A stretch of DNA of 63,715 nt, the filler included, from Sphacelaria rigidula (Eukaryota): the NCBI GenBank assembly GCA_964200075.2. It is 8 parts of 8 records of this genome, joined end to end, with 100 filler letters (N's around TTAATTAATTAA, not from the genome) between each part and the next. Parts side by side here need not be neighbours in the genome. Positions count along the whole stretch, not along the records: positions 31,912 to 39,787 come from CAXNAA020013131.1; positions 39,888 to 47,763 come from CAXNAA020013132.1; positions 47,864 to 55,739 come from CAXNAA020013133.1; 5 more parts are not named here. One strand, written 5' to 3'. The notes under the pieces are model-generated. The model saw only the letters and a program-made list of their open reading frames with translations, did not search any database and was not told where the DNA came from. Positions 37,315-48,117 of this stretch are shown here, piece after piece. The position numbers and the translations under genes were made by a program. Position 1 is the stretch's first letter. Each line of letters opens with the position of its first letter.

Positions 37315-38440
37315 TCACTCCATCGGAATTCGCCGCCTCTTCTTGTAACTCCCCCACACAGTTCTTTCCCCTGGTTGTCTACAAACTCCCCTTTTCTTAT
37401 CTCCAAGGATGCGCGATACTCGTCGCGAGTCTTCTTCTATGTTGTTTACAGTGTACGCCTTGTATGCATCTGACTTCCACCTTCCTTCCCTCTGCGCTAC
37501 TCGATCTGATATTTCCCCCCCTGCTACCATAGTGGATGTTCCTCCGATCCTCAACGAGTGTAAAGCAAAGTCTCTCGGGTCGCCACCCGACTTCTCGACT
37601 ACCTCTCTCAACGCTCGAAGTGCCTCGTTGTACTTCCATACTTTGACTCCCCGACCATAGCGGTAAGACGATAGTGGAGCGTCTGCGGGCATTGTCGCGT
37701 AGCATGACAACAACTCCAACATCAGAGCAACTGCACCGCCGTCTGCTCTGTACCCCGCATGCGGACCACGAACTTCTTCTCGAGTACGGACCCTTACTTC
37801 GCCCCTCTGCTCCTGATCCCCTTTGTGGCCCCAGAAACGTATCTCGATCCTGTCAGCCTGGCGCCACTGCAAATACTCCAGCTGGGTATCCCCTGAAAAA
37901 CCGCCACGTCCCTGCGTGTAAGACAATGCACTGAATGTGCCACTCCCGACGTACTCGCAAACATCTCGTCCGACCATGTGAGCAGAAAATAGCTCAAGCT
38001 CAAGCAAAGCCACAGCATCTTTCCCCCAACGCCCCACGATGGAATCAAATATTCTCCGTCCAACAACATCTGCCATGTGACCGGAAGGCGAGTTCGACGG
38101 CACGTGCTTGTGTCAGCATGCGATCTCGCAATCCCTTTTAACGCACACTTCAACACCGGAGACGTGGTGACGACTTCTACTTGTACCTCCATCCTCTGAA
38201 AATACTGCACCACCGCAAACTTGCCCAATATCGTACTAGCTACGTTCCCTTGGGAATCGAAAAACCACGCCGTAAAATCGACCAAATCCCAAGTCATCTC
38301 TTCGACCGATGCGTCGGGGCCGAAAAACGTATCCCGGCCTATCAACCCGCGAAAGAGACAGCATGGCCGGAAACCGCCTCGTACTTTCGTTTAGTCGAAG
38401 TCGCAACTGACTTTCCGACGAGCTCGACGCCAAGACCGCG
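37315..38440 (-). pseudogene. Tyrosine recombinase of the retrotransposon (frameshifted)
   Basis: RLPVT, FLLTWSDEMF (catalytic Arg position reads W), HKGDQ, HSLRIGG, GRWKSDAYKAY; frameshift at ~37900 and probably ~38390. Confidence 0.9.
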
Positions 38441-39787
38441 AAAGTGAGGTCCAGAGCTTCTTGCCCGAGCCGCTGCTCCTGCCAACAAATGTCGGGCCGA
38501 AAAGAGTGTAAGTTACGAGCAATTTCAGTACGGTCCCACCTCGAGATACCATCGGCAAGAGTAATTTCTACCCCTTCGATGTGTTTCGCACGGAACCGCC
38601 ACCCGTTTCGCATGTACAACACGCCCATCATTCGCATGAGCGCCCCCGACCGTGGCTCGTTCGCCCCCCCCCATTTGTTTACCCAGTGAACAGCGCTCAT
38701 GTTGTCCCCTCGCATCAAGATACTCTGCCCGGGGTACTCCGGTCGTTCCCCAGCATGCACAGTCAACGCCCACGCCGTCACCACCATAGCCAGCAGCTCG
38801 AAAAGAGTGATGCTACGGTAGGGGTGCACAAATATTTTCAGAGGTTAGAATTGTAAGGAGCCCTTCATCTCATGTAGAACACGACCTATGAAAATATGTG
38901 AAAGTACGCCAGGATCACTACTCCAATGTGCTGGGGATATCCCGAATAAATTTGCAAACCGGGATGCCCTGACCCATATTTTTGTGCATCTAAAATCGAT
39001 AGGAACCCCTGAACTAGACATAATTTTGCGAAAACAGTATACCCCTACCGTAGCATTGCTCAAAACGTTCATCGCCAAATCGTCTCTAGAAAGCACACGG
39101 GTACGGAGGCGTGCACGTACGTCCGGAGTGAAATCTATCCTCCACCATTTCTCGGTTTCCAAACAGTATTCTCCCATGGCATCCCCGCTGGCATCGCTAA
39201 CGATTATCAAGCTTGGGAGCTGCAGGAAACAGCACGACAGAGGTGCTTCTAACCGAGTCACACCATCTACCCCTGTAGCCATATCCGAAATCAACCTCCA
39301 AAAAGCCAGGTTATCATGGAATTCTGGGCCCAGCCGAACGCATCCCCGGCGCTGTGCGCGCCTTGCTACGAATCCTTTGTCCGCCGCTTTGCCTGCCGTG
39401 AATGGCGCTAGACATAGTTGATTTAGAACACGCCGAACGAAAAACTTTCCCGGTCTCACGACCTCACACAAGTGCAGAAGCTTTCCCACCAACGATCGCA
39501 CTTCCTTAACCGACGCTTTCTTCCTGTCTACTGGCCATTGGTCTAAAATGCCCCGCAGATTCTCAATCTTGCGCTGTGGGACGGAAATGGCCATCGCTAC
39601 TGTGTCAATCGTCCATCCCAACCTTTCCATGCGAGTGTCCCACAACGTCGTTTTTTCGCGCGCTAACAACGGTGGCATTCCAGGTTCCCGACGACTACCA
39701 AACAAACGAAAACTGTCAGAAGCAAAGGACCGGGTAGCGCGAAGACACCGTCTGCCTGCCAAGAAACTCTCCGCCTCCACGAACAGC
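38236..39787 (-). pseudogene. RT C-terminus plus DIRS-type RNase H, interrupted by a MITE
   Basis: LGWTIDT, SLVGKL, VSDASG, (MNV)FELLA, RGDNMSAVHW, HIEG..LADGISR. Confidence 0.9.
38805..39061. mobile_element. 257-bp MITE with ~21-bp TIRs and AAAA target-site duplication
   Basis: gagtgatgctacggtaggggt / acccctaccgtagcattgctc, flanked by aaaa (38801-38804 and 39062-39065); removal restores the in-frame AMNVFELLA. Confidence 0.92.
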
Positions 39788-39887
39788 NNNNNNNNNNNNN
39801 NNNNNNNNNNNNNNNNNNNNNNNNNNNNNNNTTAATTAATTAANNNNNNNNNNNNNNNNNNNNNNNNNNNNNNNNNNNNNNNNNNNN
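39788..39887. other. Artificial contig linker
   Basis: Same 100-nt linker. Confidence 0.97.
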
Positions 39888-41827
39888 AGTCATTGGGCAC
39901 CATCGCTGAAAGTGTGGAGAAAGTACTGTTTTGGGCTCGAACCTCATTTTATAGAATCCTCTGTTAAATATGGATGGTGAGAGACGCACACACTAGGGGG
40001 AAATGTGTAGATGGCAAATCGAGTGCATTCACAGTGCTTTTCGTTGGATAATTCAGTCCTTTTAGTCGTTCGTTTTTATTCTTGGTTTATCTTATGGTTT
40101 GGAGATGCATACCTCGAATTGGGAAGACGATTTTCTCCCTGAGGATGAACACTTTTGATATCGGTGTCGATGAGAGAGGCACCCACGATACCTCCACACA
40201 CAGCAGAGTGGGAACATCGGATCAACTAAGTCAATACGCTCAGCATGGGTACGGTGGCCTCTACGGCTTTGGAACCTCGCGCATATATCGCAAAGAGACC
40301 ATGCCAGCAGTCAGGGCGTATTGGCCATAGCCCACAAAACACGTTTGAACGTTCCAAGAATACAGAAATTCGCGAAGGTGAGAGGTTGTGCTGATTAATT
40401 TGAACGTCCTACAATGGCGTAAGCGCAAATGACCACAAGTCAAATCCCGCCGCATTTCTTACTCCTGTACGGAACCGGCCCCTCACATGTTGATAGATTT
40501 TTCAGGTTTCTCCCGATGTCTTTTCCACATGGCAGTTTAAATCACCCATTTTGTCGTGGATAAAAAATTACGGAGATTTGGAATGTAGAGGTCACCGTCA
40601 CTCTCGCGCAAATAGCTGTAGACTGTAGGGATCGGAAATCAAATAATAAATTATCTGTCCTTAACAAAAGACGGTGAGAAATGAAGGGTCACGTGTTCAG
40701 AAAACAGAGCAATATTGTATGACAACTGCGTACATACCGGGCGCATTCATGTGTCCCGGGGTTCATGATGAAGCAGAGGAAGCTCCCTACAACTAAACAA
40801 CACTGTGCGGTATGAAATTCCGTCCCATATTGAACAAGCCATCACGGTATCATTTCATCTCGTGCACGAACGAACGTGACATTCAGCGACCAGTTTATCT
40901 CAGCATCGAGGGTAGCTTTGCTGAGCACAACCGCCTAGTTTAACCCGTATCACTCTCAATATAACCAAGGAACACATGCAGCATTCTAGTCATGACATCG
41001 GAGTGCTCATACACCAACATGATCAGTGCCATGACCAATTTTAGACCAGATATTACAAACACAATCACAGCTATCCCGTGGGACATTTGAGTCATGAAGC
41101 ACTATTCGGTTACTGTTGTTGCCTCGTTGTTACTGTACGCGAAATAATATCTTTACGCAAAACAAGTGAGGAGTAACGGACCTCCTCCAAGCAAACTTAG
41201 ATTGCATCGTATTTTGCCGTACCGTAGAAATCGACGGAGTCATAACAGATTACAGCTCAAAGCACAGATGCTTCCTCCAGCTAACGCTTCACCGCCATTG
41301 CTCCCGCTGCAACACGCGTCCCTAGGTTGTCCTTCCCGCATCCTTAGCCATTTTTTTTGCGCTATCCAAAGCGTTCGGGCGTTGCTGTGAACATCAAGGC
41401 ACGTAACCGTGCTATTCGTCACGCGACACTTGATCTGACTGTCCCCTCGAACTCAGCACAGATAACCTCACTCACGGATGTGTGTGCCGCATGGCACCAA
41501 CCCCCTACTGGCTTTCCGTTGCCACTATTGCCCAGCACCACCGGTCAGATGGACCAGCGCTTCGGACAAAAGGGTTTCAACAGCCATAGAAAGGAATACA
41601 TGCCGTGCAACACGTAAAGACAGAGGAAGTTTGTGGTTAAGCAGTTCACAGTAGAAAATGAGCGCACGCCATACCGCCGCAAGTGTCCTCGAATAGGCTT
41701 ATCGCTCACGGCTTGGCTCTGAGGTACTCAATGAGGTCCGTTGCATATCCTAGCCGCGCAGCTGAGGGCCTCCAGCGCCCAAGAGCTCGCGTCCTGCTGT
41801 TCGGTCTGGTAAATAGCCGTAAATAAA

Positions 41828-41984
41828 CCTCCACATTCGACGCAGAAACCCCTTTTGGTCCCGCTCCACCGGCGATGTGCGTCCAACCGCGTGACTCCTT
41901 CCCTCCGGCAGCCCCAGGCGCCGTAGACGCGGCAGGCGATGTCCCGTACACTACTCGAGACATGACTGCTGTGATCAAGGACAT
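41828..41984 (-). CDS. Candidate first exon of an unknown gene (MSLITAVMSRVVYGTSPAAS...SNVE)
   Basis: ATG-initiated GC-rich open frame ending GAG/gtttat; downstream exons not identified. Confidence 0.3.
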
Positions 41985-42580
41985 TGCTATGTTATGCTGT
42001 GTGCAGTTCTCTCCAACCCAGCAAATGTCTCTCAAGATGATGCGGCTTGTCCCGGAACCTCTTCAACGTTTGGTATTGATGATTTCTTGTGGCATCTTAC
42101 AAACTGATCCGGGGCAGAAAGCCATAGTCTCGTCTCGGCGGCCAATATTTCTGCACACCCACGCAGCATATCCTGACGACGCGTGCAAAAGATGATCAGG
42201 GTGCAGGGAACAAAGTAACGTGGCTTCTTTCTCAGTGCCGGGTCGTAATGGGGCGGGGCGCCACGGGCGTGCTACACAGGGCTCTCAAAGTGTACAGGTC
42301 TTTAATATAGGTGTATGTCCGAAAATCAATCACACCGCTGGTTTTAAAATTAAGTGGTGTGGCGTGTTTCCTTAGATGCGTCGCATGTTTTCGCGAACGC
42401 TCTGCTAACGTAAAAGCCAAAGAAGAACCCCGCAAAGATTCGTGGCCAAACTCGATTAACTGGTGCTTGAATTTTCATGTTCCACGTCGAAAAAGGCCCG
42501 AAAACGCCATTTTCATACTAAAGTCTACTAGTTTGCCGTTAAGCCGTGGCACGGCGCGGTTCATCGCACAAACGCGAAAA

Positions 42581-42853
42581 ACTTCACGCCGTTTGAAGGA
42601 GTTAGACCCTGAAATTTTGCACAGGTGTTCTATGGGTCATTACGCAACTTGTCAAGGTCGAGGTTTTTTTTTTCTTCACCGTTTGACGGGGGTCTGACTG
42701 GGTCGAAGTTTTCCCGACATAACTGGGACCCCGGAAAAACGGCAAAAAAGTAAAGCAAGTAAAAAAAAAAAGTCGTTCTTGCAAAGGTGCGTAATGACTC
42801 ATAGAACACCCGTGCAAAATTTCAGAGTCTAACTCCTTAAAACGGCGTGAAGT
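42581..42853. mobile_element. MITE with ~70-bp inverted arms
   Basis: acttcacgccgtttgaaggagttagaccctgaaattttgcac / gtgcaaaatttcagagtctaactccttaaaacggcgtgaagt. Confidence 0.8.
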
Positions 42854-44728
42854 GTTGCCGATGAGTGCATTTGGGTTTTTTTCCGTGAACTAGCCTGTAA
42901 CACTACTTGGTACAACATACACGTGCTGCCCCCATATGATGATGACCTGTAAACACACGGGATGTTTTGGTAAAATACAGCCATATACACTGCACGTGTT
43001 TGGTTGAACACACCGCAGCTCTCAGTATTCTGGTGCGATGTCGTAACGTCCGCGTGCTTCCCCCGTGTGGGCAAATACTGGCGCATGAAAAATATCCTCA
43101 TGCTGGCGAGCAGGGCTGCGCTGTACTGCGCATTACTGTTCTCGATGCCTGACACCCTCCTGCACGGTATTGCTCTTGCACGGTAATGCCCTTGAACAAG
43201 CAGTCAGTGTTGTTGCTCCGCTGATGCTTGTGCAACACAAGGCTGGTGCCTACGCTAGAACAGGATAATTACGGGTTAGGTGTGAGGTGTGAAGCGCGTG
43301 ATCGGTGGCAACTATCGGCGCGCCCATCAGTTGTGGTGTGCAGGAAATCTCCAGAAGAAGAGGGTCCTGCTTGTGTGTTGTCCGTGAAACCCAATTTCTG
43401 TTTCCAAAATGGCGGGAAATCTGGATATTGCTTGTTCTTAGTGCGGGCTCCATACCCTGCCGAAAAACGGGTCGAGCGCTTCTTCCTCTCTACACCAATG
43501 TCGCTTGTATGCCACTGTAGTGTCGGTTGATGGTGGATATGGCGTTTTTTCAGGTGGACATGTGTAACAGTTCCAGCATGAATCGACCATCGTCTCAAAC
43601 TGTAAGTATTTTTGTCACGTTGAACACTATCTAATCATGATCACCTCCCTGGGGTGTAGCTGATCGTTTTGAGGGTCCAGCTTCAAAGCGGTCAAATGAA
43701 CTTGGGCACTGACAGCGTCGGGCTTGACTCTGGGAACACGCGTGTGATATTTCGTCTTGAAGCTTTCGAAAACGACGGGAGAAGTGAAGCACTGTACTGT
43801 ACTGTGCAAACACTCCCATGTTTGCGCCATTTCTCACGTCGTTTGCAAAAGCTTCAAGCCGAAAATTTCACGTTCGTGTTCCTGGAGGAACGGCCGAGGT
43901 CATTGGAATCGGTGAATCCTTCCCGGGTTCACAAGTTTTGTAGGGTCACCGTCGCCCCGTGTCGGCTGATTTCGGCTGGGGATTCCCAACAAGCCGGTGA
44001 AACCACGCGAAATGTATCACTTCCGATCGCTGCCGACCTCGGACTCTCCTTCAGGAATACGCATCTACAATTTTGTTTCCGAACTCATGAAAAAGGGTTT
44101 GAGGAATTGCTATCGACCTATGAAGGATTTCTTCGGAAGGCTCGCTCATGGGGCCTCAAATGCACGTGGACTTGAAATTGTCGTATTCGTAGCCCCGCGT
44201 ATGTTGTAAGCACATGGTTATGATGACCGCTAAATATGGAAACACGTAATGTAGTCGATATTCGCCAAGGTGTTCCCCAGAGAAGAAAGAAGAGACGTGG
44301 AAGCGCAGTGGACAGTGTAGTGCGCCAGCAGTCACAAGAAAGCTATTATATTGTGCGAATGAACGCTGTGGGAACGAGCAATGTATTGCACGCCGATTTG
44401 CTGACAACATCCCGGGGTGTCTTATTGCCCTGACGTAGGATACCGCCTCCCATGCATGAGGACTGCAGTAGTTTCACGTAGGAAAAGACAAAAAAAAAAC
44501 ACACGCAAACCTCCCGCAAACAGTTGATGTCAAATATCTGCCGTAACAAAAAATTAAACGACAAGTAGCATCTCAGCATGGCTCATGGTTTTCGACACCC
44601 TTCGTGACAACAGCTGAGATAATGTCCACGCGATCGCGGTAGAGTCACAACAATTGTGGGATGAGATATCCTTGATCATCGCATGCATGTTTTTTACGTT
44701 GCTCCTGTGTCCGTGTTGTGTTGTACAG

Positions 44729-46285
44729 CTGAGATCGGGAATTACCACTACGGGCAAGGGCATCCCATGAAACCTCACCGTGTGCGAATGACTCATAACT
44801 TGGTGGTCAACTATGGTTTGTACCGCAAAATGGAGGTCTTCAGACCGAAGCCCATCAGCAGTCAGCAGATGACTCGCTTTCACTCCGACGACTACATCAA
44901 CTTCCTGCGCGTCATCACCCAAGACAATATGCAGGTGAGAATATGAAGACAATATGCAGGTGAGAATATGGCAAAAGACACATGAGTCAGCCGTTGCATT
45001 TGGAAACACTTTATCCCGCAATCCCGTACCATAACATCGGCATAGCGCCCGCTCTGGAACAGTGAAGTTACCATTAGCCTGCGTGACCCCCGCGCCGGCT
45101 TTATCGGCATTATACAAGACGCTTTTGGCGTTGACGATTACGAAGGCCGTTGACATTCCAAGTCGTCAGTCGGATGAAGCCTTTTCAACGTGGCCCGAGT
45201 GTGAGCACTTTGTGACGCTGTCTCACGAACGGGCATGGGCGTTGACTCGCTGCTGCTGTCATGGCTGTATGTACGGGGGCCCGAAATAGAGTAAGTGATT
45301 TTATGTGCCGAATCAATCATGACCGTGGTCGGTCCAGTCGAGGTGGCGATGCACACGACCTGCGCACCTCGCAAATACGGGAAGATTAAGATCGCCCGCA
45401 AAATCTCCCAGCGACCGAGGAGGTATCGATGAGCGACCCATGGTCAGTGTGTGCAGCAACATCGTACAGTACGGGGCGCCTTAAATATTCATGTTGTAAT
45501 TTCTTCGTCATTGGCGATTTTCTCAGGCTCTCTAGCTTGCCACCGCTCATCACATTGGGGATCTGAAGATCCTTGTATCCGCTCCACATTCCAAGGAAAA
45601 AAAAACATCTGTACTCGATATTGAGTGACTTACGGGCTGACCGGTCATCGGGGGTTCTGACACGTTTCAGCCCAGATGCTGACTCTTCGATATTTTCGGT
45701 CGATCGAACCTGTCCCAATTGTATTCGTGAAAAAATGTGTAGTTTTTGAAAATTATTTCACCTATTCATTGCACAAGAGCCGAAAAACTCTGTTTCACAG
45801 TCAACAACACCCTCCTGATAAACGGGGTGTATACTGGTACCGCCCGATAAAACCAACAAAAAATAAGTTGGGCACTGGGAGGGGGGGCGTACTCATTTGT
45901 TCCTTGCCTTACACTGGGAGGGGGAGAAAATATGTTGATTTTACCAAAATATACCGATTTATGCACTTTCGAGTTTTATCGAAGAATGGTCACGAGAAAA
46001 AACTCTTGTGAAGAAAAAGTAGTTCAGGCGCCCAGTACTAAAGCATTGAGTTGAGGTTCCGTTCTGCCTTCATACTCCCTACTTGTTTTGGCCATGTGTT
46101 TGCAGCAGCACCAATACACACAGTTGCAGCGGTTCAACGTAGGCGAGGACTGTCCAGTGTTTGATGGGCTGTTCGAGTTTTGCCAACTCTACACTTCAGG
46201 ATCGATCGGAGGAGCTATTCGACTCAATAACAAACAGTCTGACGTCGTCATCAACTGGGCGGGAGGGCTCCATCACGCGAAGAAG
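44729..46285 (+). CDS. HDAC1: Class I histone deacetylase (RPD3/HDAC1-like), exons 44729-44934 and 46106(or 46109)-46285; partial
   Basis: [65 protein letters not shown]; canonical splice sites. Confidence 0.95.
45500..45880 (-). mobile_element. Partial inverted copy of the 2583-3132 MITE in the HDAC intron
   Basis: gtactcgatattgagtgacttacgggctgacc..tcatcggggg..cacgtttcagcccagat is the reverse complement of ~2910-2978. Confidence 0.75.
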
Positions 46286-47763
46286 GTGAAGAATTTCCCG
46301 TCACGTACTACATTGTACCACTTTAGAGTCAACAGCAGGGGCTCAGCTGAAACCGGCAATTAACACCAGATTCGACGCTTGTTACACGAAAACGGCGATG
46401 AGCGCAATCAGGCACCCCAACGCCATCGGTGCGTGTTGGCCACCGCATCGTGACAAGTGTAGATGGCTATGCTGCGAGTCAGCTTGCTGCCAATGCCTGC
46501 CACCCCGAGAAACAAACGCTCTTGTGTCACTTTTCGGAGAGGTGCTACGGCTACGTTGTAAATGCGATTGAGTTCACCCACCTGCGACATATGCTCCTGA
46601 CCCTGTACGCTTCTTATTGCTTGAGCCGCGTCCATTTTTATTCGGCGTGTGGATGAGAGGGCCTCGATTTCCCTTCTATGTTTTTGCAGATTTTTTTTCT
46701 CGTCAAATGTGTCTATTTGTTTATTGTTTGAGATGACTCGGCAGATGAGAAGCCGTGAGCGAAGTTGTCCCCAGACACTTCCACGATATTTTTATTTCTT
46801 CGGGTTCAAGACGAATGTATATTCCAAACCCCGTCAAGTCCAGAAATGAACCCAGAGCGCACAAACAATACAAAAAACATTCGTCGATCTGTATTGGAGT
46901 GAAAATGCATGGTGGGGCAAGGGGGGAAGATAAGCCGTCCCCGAGGGGTGGTGTGTGCGGTCTTGGTTCGACACGTACGAATGGCGATGGCGCTGGCTAT
47001 CATTTAGTTGGTTTCGGAATATCCGAACAATCAAGAGCGAGAGAACAAGAGATAGTGTTCCACTGGGAATGAATACATTGAGGCATCCCCTCGTCCCCTC
47101 GTTACATTGAGGCGTTCCCTCACGACAGCATACGGCATTCCCTCCCCAAATACTCTCAGGGGTATTATCAAACGTTTGCGGCTGTCCAGAGAAATGGCGA
47201 GGCTCCCGAACATGCAAAAGGTATCGCTAGATCTTTTACCCTTCACTGTTGACTTATACGCCCAGCCCCTCCATCATCCCACCCGGAGATTAAATCGGAC
47301 ATCCTCTTCCCAAACATGCACAGGGGGTATCATTCACCGTGTTAGCCTTGTCACATACGAATGGCCATACCCCTCGAGACGCAAGATGTGTTCTTAGAAC
47401 TTGTAAACCCCTAGCTATCAGGTTCTCTCCCCAAATCTCCTCAGTGCGCTGGATGGTACTACTGAGAGTATTTGCCTTCCGCGGGTCAACTACACTTTTG
47501 GACTCATCTGTTGAATCTGAACACGCGAAAGCTGGAACATGTACAACTTCACCCCGTTGATTCTACACCCCGTTCCCCCCAAGATAGTTGAATCGTTCCA
47601 TCCCCGCCCCAATCCCGCTCTCGGGGGCGGGTGGCTTTAAATGCATTTTCTCCTTGAAGCTCATGATTTAATTTCACCACCTGCCAGACAGGCTACGAGC
47701 TGGGCCAGCCTACAAACGGATTTAAGCTCTAAAAGCAATATCTCATCGACACAGACGAGTTGG

Positions 47764-47863
47764 NNNNNNNNNNNNNNNNNNNNNNNNNNNNNNNNNNNNN
47801 NNNNNNNTTAATTAATTAANNNNNNNNNNNNNNNNNNNNNNNNNNNNNNNNNNNNNNNNNNNN
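47764..47863. other. Artificial contig linker
   Basis: Same 100-nt linker. Confidence 0.97.
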
Positions 47864-48117
47864 TTCCGTATTCCTGGTGGGTCTTGTGCTGCAGCGTGTC
47901 GTGTGAGAGGGGGGTGTGGGGGGTGGGGGTGGGGGTGGTGATAGACCAGAAGGACGTCAAACAGTGTCGGGGTAGACATGGGACACCTTCTTCACGTCCG
48001 CACCCACAGCAAGACCCTGGTATGGGTGTGCTTTCTCCTAATTCCCACCCGATGCCCATTCCGATTCGCGTAGTGCAGGTATTGCAGTAGAGGCGACTAC
48101 AGTGCATACAGCTTCAC

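Larger units (their letters stand above)
31912..39787 (-). mobile_element. Tyrosine-recombinase retrotransposon (DIRS order, Ngaro-like), in permuted or tandem arrangement
   Basis: gag-like, RT, RNase H and YR modules all on the minus strand; no methyltransferase domain seen after the RNase H. Confidence 0.88.

Noticed and set aside
39888-47763. Functional link between the HDAC gene and the neighbouring YR retrotransposon
   Set aside because: They are on different contigs joined only by the artificial linker
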